Shown one piece after another: positions 51,301 through 63,912 of a stretch of 64,000 nt of DNA. The stretch lies in assembly GCF_964355755.1 (NCBI RefSeq), contig NC_092674.1, positions 31,744,001 through 31,808,000 on the forward strand, given 5' to 3'. Source of the stretch: Antedon mediterranea (taxonomy: Eukaryota; Animalia; Echinodermata). Within the stretch, counting starts at the first letter, position 1. Every line of letters begins with the position of its first letter. The notes beneath the pieces are model-generated. The model had not been told where the DNA came from. It ran no database searches and saw nothing but the letters and a program-made list of their open reading frames with translations. Made by a program: the position numbers and the translations under genes.

Positions 51301-54030
51301 GAGAGGCAGTCAAATTATTGTTGGCTTTATTATTCATATTGCTGTTGTAATTTATTATGTGTAGAGTTCTGAGAGGCTGTCAAATTATTGTTGGCTTTAT
51401 TATTGATATTGCTTTTGTAATTTATTATATGTAGAGTTCTAAGAGGCAGTCAAATTGTTGTTGCCTTTTTCATTCATATTGCCATTATATGATTATTTGT
51501 AGGGTTCTGAGAGGCAGTCAAAAACTGGTGCATCTGGGCAGCGTTTGGTGGAAGCTACAAAAATCAACTTGTCTTTATCAACATTAGGAAATGTAATCTC
51601 ATCATTGGTAGATGGTAAAAGTACACACATTCCATACAGAAATTCAAAACTTACCAGACTACTGCAAGACTCTCTTGGAGGGAATGCTAAAACTGTTATG
51701 GTAAGTTTTACAAGAATTCCATTACATTTGTTATTAATTATACTTATTAACTTGCCAATGTATACTTTGATTTGTTCAAAAAGGATAGTTTGTAGCAAGA
51801 TTCTTGTATTTCATTTGTTTGCAGTGTGCAAACCTAGGGCCAGCGGAGTACAACTATGATGAAACAATAAGTACATTGAGGTATGCTAATCGGGCAAAGA
51901 ACATAAAAAACAAAGCCAAGATTAATGAAGATCCAAAAGATGCTCTACTCAGACAGTTCCAAAAGGAAATTGATGATCTTAAGAAGAAACTTCAGGATGG
52001 TAATTTCATTGTGATTAACATAGATAATATTTGTACTGTATAGACGCATTACCACCTGTATGATTACACTGTAGCTTTTTAATTAAATTTTGAATTTAAA
52101 TGATTGTTGATTTCAGGGGGGTCAGCGTCTGGTGATGAAGGAAGTGGAGATAAAGAATCGGAATCAGAAGAAGAGGAGGTTATAGGACCAGATGGAAAAA
52201 CAATGATAAGAAAGACAAAAACAAAAAGTAAGTTTTTAACATTAAAAAAGACAAAATGATGTCAGGTTTTTTCTTTTTTGTTGTTGCAAAAAACTTAATT
52301 TTATGTATTTCCCTTTTTGAAAAGATTGTGGTTAGGATTAATCTTTATACTCGGGTAAAACAAACATTTGATCTATAGCATCATTCTATGATTTAAGTTC
52401 TATTAAAATATACTGGTAATTTATTTTTACTAATTTAAGGTAAAAAGAAATTATCTCCTGAACAAATGGCAGAAATGCAAAGAAAAATAGATGAGGAGAG
52501 ACGGGCATTAGAGGCACAAAAAGACATGGAGGAAGACGAAAAAAATAAGGCAAAAGAATTACTAGAAAGGAGAGAAAATGACATAAAAAAGGCACAGTAG
52601 GTTCCATTGCGTAATAAAAATTTTATAGAAGTAATTATAATTAATCAATTCTGGGTACAGTATCTTTGACATTTATGTGACGTGAATGTGTGTTCTACCG
52701 CAAACACTTGTTATTCTAACATGACCTAAACACTGATATATATTCTTTGACTTACACTAAAGTGTATTTTCCTATAGTAATTTAGATTATTAATAGGTTT
52801 TGAGTAAAAATCATAAATACGATTTGTGAATTTATTAAACAATTTAAATTTTGTTTAACTAGGCAAGAACATGAACAACTTGCAGAGAAATTACAATCAA
52901 TTGAAAAAAAGTTGATTGTAGGAGGTGTCGACCTCCGTGAAAAAATGGAGGAGCAAGAACGGCTTCTCGAGGAATCCGCAAAAGAATTGGACACAAAGCG
53001 AGCTAAGGAAGAAGAGTTGAGAAAGAAACTTAAAGAAAAGGAAGAAGAACGGTTACAAATGGAAGAAGAGTATAGCAATCTACAAGAGGAGGCAGCAGGG
53101 AAAACAAAGAAGTTGAAGAAAGTGTGGACAATGTTGATGAGTGCCAAATCAGAAGTAATATTATTTTATATGAAATTGTTTTCCTTTTTCATGTTATTTT
53201 AAAGAATCCCTTATTTTACTATAAATAATGTTTTTGAAATTGTATATAGTTAGTATACACTCCTTTCTTACCCTAAGTAAGGAACTACAGTACTACTGTA
53301 TTGTTACATATTTACATACCAGGTAGATGATTTGCAACAGGAACACCAACGTGAGATGGAAGGTCTTCTTGAAAATGTACGTCAACTAAGTCGAGAGGTG
53401 CGTCTGCAAATGCTGCTCATTGACAGCTTTATCCCACCAGACTTTCAAGATATGATTGAGCAGTATGTACATTGGAATGAAGATATTGGCGAATGGCAGT
53501 TGGTAAGATTCACTTTCAAATTATAACAAGCTCACCAAACGCAGAGATGCAAAATTGAATGATTGCGAGAGAAACAAGAAACCTAAGTCGTGATGAGGAT
53601 TTGCCCACTTCATTTAATAGCCTAGTTATATATTTTTTTGTTTAATTTTTAGAAATGTGTTGCTTATACTGGCAACAACATGAGGAAACAGACTCCAATG
53701 CCAGAACGAGAGAAACAAAAGGACTATGGAGAAGTAGACCTTTCTCAAATTTATTTAGCATACACAGAAGATGGTGTGCGACAGAAATTTAAATCATCAA
53801 AATCTAAATCTGGAAGACCTAAGACAGCTTCAGGTCGACCGAAAACAGGGAAAAAGTGAGTCTGGTATTAATACTTTTTACTTTGATGATTGAATTGAAT
53901 GCTCTGATTTGTGATTGTTTAGACTACTTTTCATTTACTAAGACATTGACTAAGAAATCTTTGTGTTTTGTTTTTCAGAAAAAAGGGTGTCATTGGTTCC
54001 TCTGTGGACATAGATACTGTGTTGCAATGA
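48393..54030 (+). CDS. KIF3A: Kinesin-2 motor subunit KIF3A (KRP85-like), multi-exon
   Basis: Two-codon first coding exon (ATG ACA|gtaagt). Motifs [36 protein letters not shown]|GSERQSKTG and [23 protein letters not shown]3A-specific stalk and tail [61 protein letters not shown] and GRPKT. Ends ...IDTVLQ*. Confidence 0.96.
50005..51522 (+). repeat. 70-bp tandem repeat (21 decoy copies plus the real site) made of 3' splice site plus first ~20 nt of the KIF3A exon
   Basis: Unit ...TTTATTATGTGTAG|AGTTCTRAGAGGCAGTCAAA..., compared with the true junction TTATTTGTAG|GGTTCTGAGAGGCAGTCAAA at 51502/51503. Confidence 0.96.
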
Positions 54031-54979
54031 TTGACTGTGAGGATTAAATTGTTAGATCTTGCATTACTAATTTAATTCAAATTAATGTACATTTATGTAA
54101 GGTAACAATAAGGATATTGCACTCAAAAGTTCTAAATTCTAAAAAGACTCTTTTCACAAAATTGTAAAAAAAAAATAAAAATGAAACAACCTATATAAAA
54201 TTCAGTGTTTCAATGTTTGCAGAATATGAGGAGCTTACATATCAAAATTGTTTGTTGTGTTCTGTTATTTTGTGTAATAAACTAAAACTTGATCCAAATG
54301 AGAGTAAATAAACTATTTACAGATACTTCATGACAATAGGAATCGAAAGTTTATAAAGTAGCTTAATATTGATTATGTGCAATTTAGATAACCACCGTGT
54401 AAAGAGCATGTACAATATATTAATGTATACAATGCATTTCTAGTATTCTAGTAGTCATTATCATTGAAAAATAGGTTTTTGTTTAAAAGATATATTTGGC
54501 AGAAATCCCAGTAATGTGATAAATTACTTGCAATGTGTATAATTACAGGAAAGATGTGTATTTGATTCCCAGTGTTCATTAGTAAAATGCAGTGTGCAGT
54601 AATTGTTTTGCTAAATAAATATTAAAGTTTTTAGTCAAAGAATTCCTCTGTTTTTATTTTATGATTATTTACATTATTATCGCCGCCATATTTTCCGCCA
54701 AGGCTGCTTTGATATTCGTTTTACATGGATTCACTTCATGTTGATCGATAATGTTATCATAAAAGTCATAATCGTATTATTTATTACAAGTATGGTGGTT
54801 TTTCACAATTCATTAAAGTCGCATGTTCACGTTTACTCTTTAACTCCTATTAATTATTTTTTAGAGATTTTACATAAATAATGTAATTTTACATAAATAA
54901 AGTTTCAACTCGCATAGTAGAGTTTTAGTGCGTTTTCTTTCTATGTTTCAAAATTTCCTGTTGATAGGTTAGTGACACA

Positions 54980-57900
54980 AAAATGACATAGCAATATTTT
55001 ATTACCGTATATTATACAATAGGACAGTATTATTAAAATGACATAGCAATATTTTATTACCGTATATTATACAATAGGACAGTATTATTAAAATGACATA
55101 GCAATATTTTATTACCGTATATAAATTCTGTTGATAGGTTATGAAATGACATAGCAATATTTTATTACCGTATATTATACAATTAGGACAGTATTATTAA
55201 AATGACATAGCAATATTTATTACCGTATATTATACAATAGGACAGTATTATTAAAATGACATAGCAATATTTTATTACCGTATATTATACAATAGGACAG
55301 TATTATTAAAATGACATAGCAATATTTTATTACCGTATATTATACAATAGGACAGTATTATTAAAATGACATAGCAATATTTTATTACCGTATATTATAC
55401 AATAGGACAGTATTATTAAAATGACATAGCAATATTTTATTACCGTATATTATACAATAGGACAGTATTATTAAAATGACATAGCAATATTTTATTACCG
55501 TATATTATACAATAGGACAGTATTATTAAAATGACATAGCAATATTTTATTACCGTATATTATACAATAGGACAGTATTATTAAAATGACATAGCAATAT
55601 TTTATTACCGTATATTATACAATAGGACAGTATTATTAAAATGACATAGCAATATTTTATTACCGTATATTATACAATAGGACAGTATTATTAAAATGAC
55701 ATAGCAATATTTTATTACCGTATATTATACAATAGGACAGTATTATTAAAATGACATAGCAATATTTTATTACCGTATATTATACAATAGGACAGTATTA
55801 TTAAAATGACATAGCAATATTTTATTACCGTATATTATACAATAGGACAGTATTATTAAAATGACATAGCAATATTTTATTACCGTATATTATACAATAG
55901 GACAGTATTATTAAAATGACATAGCAATATTTTATTACCGTATATTATACAATAGGACAGTATTATTAAAATGACATAGCAATATTTTATTACCGTATAT
56001 TATACAATAGGACAGTATTATTAAAATGACATAGCAATATTTTATTACCGTATATTATACAATAGGACAGTATTATTAAAATGACATAGCAATATTTTAT
56101 TACCGTATATTATACAATAGGACAGTATTATTAAAATGACATAGCAATATTTTATTACCGTATATTATACAATAGGACAGTATTATTAAAATGACATAGC
56201 AATATTTTATTACCGTATATTATACAATAGGACAGTATTATTAAAATGACATAGCAATATTTTATTACCGTATATTATACAATAGGACAGTATTATTAAA
56301 ATGACATAGCAATATTTTATTACCGTATATTATACAATAGGACAGTATTATTAAAATGACATAGCAATATTTTATTACCGTATATTATACAATAGGACAG
56401 TATTATTAAAATGACATAGCAATATTTTATTACCGTATATTATACAATAGGACAGTATTATTAAAATGACATAGCAATATTTTATTACCGTATATTATAC
56501 AATAGGACAGTATTATTAAAATGACATAGCAATATTTTATTACCGTATATTATACAATAGGACAGTATTATTAAAATGACATAGCAATATTTTATTACCG
56601 TATATTATACAATAGGACAGTATTATTAAAATGACATAGCAATATTTTATTACCGTATATTATACAATAGGACAGTATTATTAAAATGACATAGCAATAT
56701 TTTATTACCGTATATTATACAATAGGACAGTATTATTAAAATGACATAGCAATATTTTATTACCGTATATTATACAATAGGACAGTATTATTAAAATGAC
56801 ATAGCAATATTTTATTACCGTATATTATACAATAGGACAGTATTATTAAAATGACATAGCAATATTTTATTACCGTATATTATACAATAGGACAGTATTA
56901 TTAAAATGACATAGCAATATTTTATTACCGTATATTATACAATAGGACAGTATTATTAAAATGACATAGCAATATTTTATTACCGTATATTATACAATAG
57001 GACAGTATTATTAAAATGACATAGCAATATTTTATTACCGTATATTATACAATAGGACAGTATTATTAAAATGACATAGCAATATTTTATTACCGTATAT
57101 TATACAATAGGACAGTATTATTAAAATGACATAGCAATATTTTATTACCGTATATTATACAATAGGACAGTATTATTAAAATGACATAGCAATATTTTAT
57201 TACCGTATATTATACAATAGGACAGTATTATTAAAATGACATAGCAATATTTTATTACCGTATATTATACAATAGGACAGTATTATTAAAATGACATAGC
57301 AATATTTTATTACCGTATATTATACAATAGGACAGTATTATTAAAATGACATAGCAATATTTTATTACCGTATATTATACAATAGGACAGTATTATTAAA
57401 ATGACATAGCAATATTTTATTACCGTATATTATACAATAGGACAGTATTATTAAAATGACATAGCAATATTTTATTACCGTATATTATACAATAGGACAG
57501 TATTATTAAAATGACATAGCAATATTTTATTACCGTATATTATACAATAGGACAGTATTATTAAAATGACATAGCAATATTTTATTACCGTATATTATAC
57601 AATAGGACAGTATTATTAAAATGACATAGCAATATTTTATTACCGTATATTATACAATAGGACAGTATTATTAAAATGACATAGCAATATTTTATTACCG
57701 TATATTATACAATAGGACAGTATTATTAAAATGACATAGCAATATTTTATTACCGTATATTATACAATAGGACAGTATTATTAAAATGACATAGCAATAT
57801 TTTATTACCGTATATTATACAATAGGACAGTATTATTAAAATGACATAGCAATATTTTATTACCGTATATTATACAATAGGACAGTATTATTAAAATGAC

Positions 57901-58606
57901 ATAGCAATATTTTATTACCGTATATTATACAATAGGACAGTATTATTAAAATGACATAGCAATATTTTATTACCGTATATTATACAATAGGACAGTATTA
58001 TTAAAATGACATAGCAATATTTTATTACCGTATATTATACAATAGGACAGTATTATTAAAATGACATAGCAATATTTTATTACCGTATATTATACAATAG
58101 GACAGTATTATTAAAATGACATAGCAATATTTTATTACCGTATATTATACAATAGGACAGTATTATTAAAATGACATAGCAATATTTTATTACCGTATAT
58201 TATACAATAGGACAGTATTATTAAAATGACATAGCAATATTTTATTACCGTATATTATACAATAGGACAGTATTATTAAAATGACATAGCAATATTTTAT
58301 TACCGTATATTATACAATAGGACAGTATTATTAAAATGACATAGCAATATTTTATTACCGTATATTATACAATAGGACAGTATTATTAAAATGACATAGC
58401 AATATTTTATTACCGTATATTATACAATAGGACAGTATTATTAAAATGACATAGCAATATTTTATTACCGTATATTATACAATAGGACAGTATTATTAAA
58501 ATGACATAGCAATATTTTATTACCGTATATTATACAATAGGACAGTATTATTAAAATGACATAGCAATATTTTATTACCGTATATTATACAATAGGACAG
58601 TATTAT
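54980..58606. repeat. 55-bp intergenic satellite, ~65 copies, essentially invariant
   Basis: Unit ATGACATAGCAATATTTTATTACCGTATATTATACAATAGGACAGTATTATTAAA. Variants appear only in the first few copies. Confidence 0.97.
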
Positions 58607-58819
58607 TTCACTAATTTGTGGTTTGCTGTACTGTACTTGGAAAATCGATTATTTTCGTTTTTTTTAAAGCAGAAAGAGACCCATAAAACTCGTGTTTGAA
58701 ATTGTTATTTCCGTTTTCTGTCATGTTTATCATTTTCCCATGGTACTTCGGAAGTTTTCAAAGTTGACGATCTGTGTCATGTGATACAGTTCTATCACAA
58801 TCGTCTAAATTACCGATGG

Positions 58820-58960
58820 TACGGACGGATTTCCCTGGTAAACGGATTTTCGCGTAAATCAGTCTATAAACCAAAGTGCCTGTTGCTTGAACTGCATTGT
58901 TCAAATTCAATCCAATTGTTTGGACCATTCGCATCACTTGTACATTAGTGGCCAAGTAGG
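58820..58960 (+). promoter_or_regulatory. Putative TATA promoter and non-coding first exon of the collagen-FBG gene
   Basis: CTATAAA at 58864-58870, a strong donor GTAGGTAAGT near 58956-58965, and an acceptor TTTTAAAG just upstream of ATG 59279. Confidence 0.45.
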
Positions 58961-59278
58961 TAAGTTTGTACTATTTTGTTTGTGCTGCCTTAACTTGATC
59001 TATAATATTATGTTATTATATTATATTATAATGAATTATTGTAAACCAAAGTATATGCATACAGTAATGAATGAATAAAGAAGGGAGAGACCCATACAAG
59101 AAAAAAAACAATTGTTACTATAATGTGTGTTTCTATCGGTATGCTGCTGGAGTAGTAATAATATCATATACAAGATTGTTTTGCTTCCCAAATCAAATGA
59201 AAAGACAACTATCCATATGCACGGTACTTGATCTAAGTTTTATATTTTTTAAAGAAAATAAAAGTCGGTTTGAACAAC

Positions 59279-62200
59279 ATGGCTCCAGTCGAAAGTTTTC
59301 CGCAATTAAATCGACGAAGAATAAGTGCGTCGGTTCAGTCAATTTTCAACGCTGTTGTAAGCGCTGCACTATTGGTATTGTGTACATATGTGTTTCTAAA
59401 GTTTAAGCAGCTGGACTCAAAGTTTGACGAGTTTCAGGTAGTCATGTTTAAAATAGTTTTTTTAGTTATTTCTAATAGCTAAATAATATAAACTAGTGTT
59501 TTTTTTTGGATAAGCAGACTGTAGTATAATTTTACAAATATACTGCGTTTAATTTATAGGCCTTTTGGATAAGTTCACTAATTAACTTGGCACTTGGCGG
59601 AATTAGTGTATTACTATTATTCCCAATACTATAAAGTGTTTTTTTAAACATCATCCTTAGACGGAAATTCCCGTAGTGAACCAGCGACAAGTAGCCCTAG
59701 AGGAAAAACCCCAAAAAACCACGAGTAACTGTACTATTCAATGTAAGTGCAATCTATAAAATAAGACGTAAATGCTGATGGTCCTGTACCATATTTTGAT
59801 GTTATTATAGTTTTATAATGCCCTATCAATTATGTAAACATTATGATGATATTCGGTAGTATTTGGTAGAAAATGTAATTGAAAACCTTTATCATTGCAG
59901 GTCCTCGTAGCCCAGCTCCTGGACCGGAAGGACTAAAATCAGCTCCTGGTGTACCAGGTAAATTATAGTACATTGCCACAGTTTTGGTTCCAATACGGTT
60001 TTTATACAAACGCAAATGTTTATATCTTGTCATGTTCCCATCCACTTTTACTTTTTTGTCGATTTTTGTTGTTTAGTCATTCGCGGTCAACACGCCACAG
60101 TGTTAAATTTTGATGTTGTTAATCTTTACATTAGAAGATTGTTAAAATCATGTAAATAAAACATTTTCCGGGCGGGAATCTAGCAGCTCTTCTAAGTTTG
60201 CAAAAGTATTCACGAAATGTGGAAAAGAAGCCCACCCAAGAGTAAATGGCTTCTTTTCGAGGTTTTATGGCAGTCTATTTAATGGAATGCCATGCAATTT
60301 TGTTTCTGATTTTAAAAAAGGTCCACTTGTTTAGGCCTGACATTTACAACCCACAAAAAATATCTCTCTTTCAAAATAAAAGAAAAAGAATATTCATTAT
60401 TTTCCATACAAAGAAAAAATATCCGTCGAGATTCGAACCAATCTAGAGCTGAGAGCACTCAAACCTGAGCATTACCCGTTACGCCACAATGTAGTACATG
60501 ACTTAACAGCTGATAGTAGTCTATTTATACGTGTATTGTACGTAATTCATCATTAGGTCATAAATATCATAATAACCTTGTTACCTCACGAAAATGACCA
60601 GTTAGCTCAGTCGTCTGAGCGTCATGTTAACAACACGTATGTCGTTGGTTCGATTCCCACGCTGGTCGGTGGAATAAAGTTAAAGCTATGCGAGCAACTG
60701 TGTTTGGGGTTCACAGAATTATACGTCCCCCTTTCCACGACATCAATGAATCTGGTGATGTGCTGGAAACGACCCCAAAAGGCTGTGGCAGGGCGTTAGT
60801 GCTATAGTGCTGAGAGCACATTTAACATATTTTTTTTTTATTTATTTTTTTTTTCAAACTTTATTCGATCTCGTAAATGTTATGTTTGGCGGCCTCAATT
60901 TTAAAAGAAATTAATATTTCATCGCAGGTGTATGCCCTGCGTTGTTATGCAATGGTTGTGTAGTGGGAAAGATGGATTGTTAGTCATTCGCGGTCAACAC
61001 GCCATACTGTTAAATTTTTATTTTGTCAATCAATGTTGCTACATTGGTAGCGAAATGTCCGATTCAATGCAAGATATTGTATTGTAATATGTTGAATGTT
61101 ATGAATAAACGTTTTGTGGTAGTTGGTGTGTATGGCCGCACCGTCCCAGAATAAACATGTTTTAAACATAGTTTGTCTTCGATGGATTTTGTATGGGGTT
61201 AATGGAGAGTGAAATAAGATCAAATAGTAGACAACCCCACCTACAATTTTGAAGTCGCATCTGGATAGTTGACATTTTAACATTATCATAATTGTCATAG
61301 GTGATTATGTATAGTAATAAGTATAAGTATAAGTTTCTGGGCTCTATTTTCATTATTAGCTCGATCATTCATTGTTTCTGCTTTACCGTTGCTTCCAATT
61401 GTGACAAAAAACGATTCAGTTTTTTTTTACAATTATGTATGCGGCCACGTTTAAAAGAAGAGCGATATTTCGATTGAATGAGATGGAATTTTGTGTCTTA
61501 ACAAACAATTAATGCATCAACTTTACAGGTGTTCCTGGTTACCCTGGTAACAATGGCGAGCCCGGAAGCAAAGGTGATCAAGGAAAAGAAGGTAAAACAA
61601 CTTTTATACATCATCATCATATGAAGTTTATGTGTGTTTGTTCATTCGTTCATTTTTTGCCACACCAACAGCGCGCGCGTCATCGCAACTAAAATGGTGG
61701 TATTATATAGAAAATGTAAACGAAAACCATTATCATTACAGGTTCCCGTGGCCCTCCTGGACCGGAAGGACCAAAAGCAGTTCCCGGTGTACCAGGTAAT
61801 TGGCACAATATTAATATGATGCGAATTAATTAATATACCGTCACTGTACCAAGAGAGGACGTATCAGTGTGTTACGCGTTATCTATCCACTCATTTTAGT
61901 GGTCAAATGATAGGATGGCAGCTCATTCTTGTTTTTGCTTCCGTTTTGACATCATCAACAAACGATTAGTTTTCGGGTTTTTTACACCATCATTTACATG
62001 CCGCGTAATCGAGTGATTTGTGTATTTTTAAACAAAAAATGCATCAACTTTACAGGTGTTCCTGGTTACCCTGGTAACAATGGTGAACCCGGCTGCAAAG
62101 GTGATCAGGGAATAAGAGGTAAAACTACTGATCATAGTCATCATCTTTATTATTATTATTATAATTACAACATTTGGACAAATTAGTAAAATAACTTTAT

Positions 62201-63912
62201 TTATCGTTATCATTAACATTACCATATCAGAGTTGATTGTCTTGTTGTAAACAAGAGTGTGATTAAATAAATAAATTAAATAATAATAAAAAAATATCAA
62301 TTATTATTGTGTACAAAAATCATTATAAATTGGTATGACTTATGTATCTTCTGTAACCATTTCCAACATTAATGACAATGCTGTCTGTTTATCCTTTTAG
62401 GTGCCAAGGGAGATATGGGTTTACAAGGTAAGACATTAATTGAGAATGATAATATTATTTGACAGTATTATTATAATGTTTGTTTCACAATTGATACATT
62501 CCATTCATAAATACTTTATATCAACATAATTTTGAAATCAAATTTTGCTAAATTATTTAATGCCTAGGTGAAATCGGATACACTGGCCAGTCTGGAGCAC
62601 AAGGTGAGCTGTTTATATATTTTATTTAAAACAAACAAATTTGATCACATTAAGTTCAAACAAGTTAATTATTTAAAAGAACAGAACACGATTGTATTAT
62701 TATATGTTTTAGGCCTACCGGGTGCTGTTGGATTACCAGGACCACGTGGACCAAAGGGTGCATCATGTAGGTATCTTACTTGATTAAATGTAATAACAAA
62801 TGCAATATTATATATACCAAATTATCGAGAAATGTTTTTTATCAATCTATTTTTAATAAACGAACCAATTTCAACAGAAAAAAGAAATACAATTAAAAAT
62901 GAAATATTTGTGGTATTTCACTCTTAAATAGCATCCCTAAAACAAGTTGAAACACTTGAGTCATGTGATGCCCTAAAGAAAGCCGGTGTTAAATTCAATG
63001 GTGTCTACATGATTGATCCCGACGGCCCTTCTTCTGGCTTGGATCCTTTTCAGGTAGTCTGTGATATGACGTCAGACCTATCTGTCGGTACGTATTTATG
63101 AAATTGATATTTTACTATGGCATGCATACCGATATATAGAATGACCTTTTAGAAACAACATACAATAACTCTTAGTTTTTAGCACCTTCAATGTTGGTAT
63201 CTTATTTATAAATCTGTATACTATTATTGAATTGTATTTACGTTCTTTTACATTACATTCAATAACCATTCATCTGACCATTTCTGAGCCAATTTAATTT
63301 TCGGTTTCCTCTCTATGATTTTTTATTATCTTGGCATCATGCAAACATATTACGTATTATCTTGTCTGGAAGTCTCCTACATATTTTTAGGGTACACAAC
63401 GATTCATCATGACAAAGAAGAAGAAGGTAACGTAAAAAATTATGAAGAGAAGGGATCTTTTCAAGTTATAGTTACCTATGCTCAAAACAGGCAGCAGATA
63501 GAAGCTATCAAAAACGTTTCAACTTCATGCAGACAATTTATTAAGGTGATTGACTAATTAAGTTCATGCAATAACATAATACATAGCTATACCTTTATAT
63601 AACCTTTATGTAGGTTTTTATGTTATACTGTAGCAATACTTTCCGAAGCACATTAAAGTAATAAAGTTACAAACTTGTCAATTTGTCAATTGATTTATTT
63701 TTTTTAAACATTTTCTTTCTTATAAAATTTTCTAGCATATAACTTTTGCTAAAATTATTAATATTTTATACTTTGTAATTCTCAACAGTACAACTGTATT
63801 GGATCTTTATTTACAAATGGTCATCAATATTGGAAGTCGGTAGATGGAGAAGATATGGTTAATTGGGGAGGAGTACCAACAGGAACCAAAGGCTGTGAAT
63901 GCTGGATGACAA
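59279..63912 (+). CDS. Type II membrane/signal-anchor short collagen with C-terminal Caspr/neurexin-IV-type fibrinogen-like domain, 3'-partial
   Basis: N-terminus MAPVESFPQLNRRR plus hydrophobic IFNAVVSAALLVLCTYVFL. Phase-1 Gly-X-Y exons at ~59901, 61529, 61742, 62056, 62401, 62568 and 62713. Then ESCDALKKAGVKFNGVYMIDPDGPSSGLDPFQVVCDM...TTIHHD...STSCRQFIKYNC...YWKSVDGEDMVNWGGVPTGTKGCEC. Confidence 0.85.
60220..60270. mobile_element. End fragment of the same MITE family as 12704-13425
   Basis: GAAAAGAAGCCCACCCAAGAG...GGCTTCTTTTCGAGGTTTTATGG matches 13359-13425. Confidence 0.8.
60421..60490 (-). other. Degenerate tRNA-like Pol III promoter sequence
   Basis: Minus strand has A box TGGCGTAACGG and B box GGTTCGAATC at tRNA-like spacing, but no good cloverleaf. 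Confidence 0.5.
60596..60855 (+). mobile_element. tRNA(Ile-like)-derived SINE
   Basis: 72-nt head GACCAGTTAGCTCAG...GGTTCGATTCCCACGCTGGTC (acceptor stem GACCAG/CTGGTC, broken D loop and anticodon stem), followed by a ~170-nt GC-rich body and a T-rich end. Confidence 0.7.

Noticed and set aside
23011-58606. Long regular arrays as CRISPR
   Set aside because: Units are contiguous with no unique spacers, there are no cas genes, and the context is a eukaryotic intron-rich genome.
60596-60667. Functional tRNA gene
   Set aside because: D-loop GG is missing, the anticodon stem is mispaired, and it continues into a SINE-like body without an immediate terminator. The same logic applies to 381-462.
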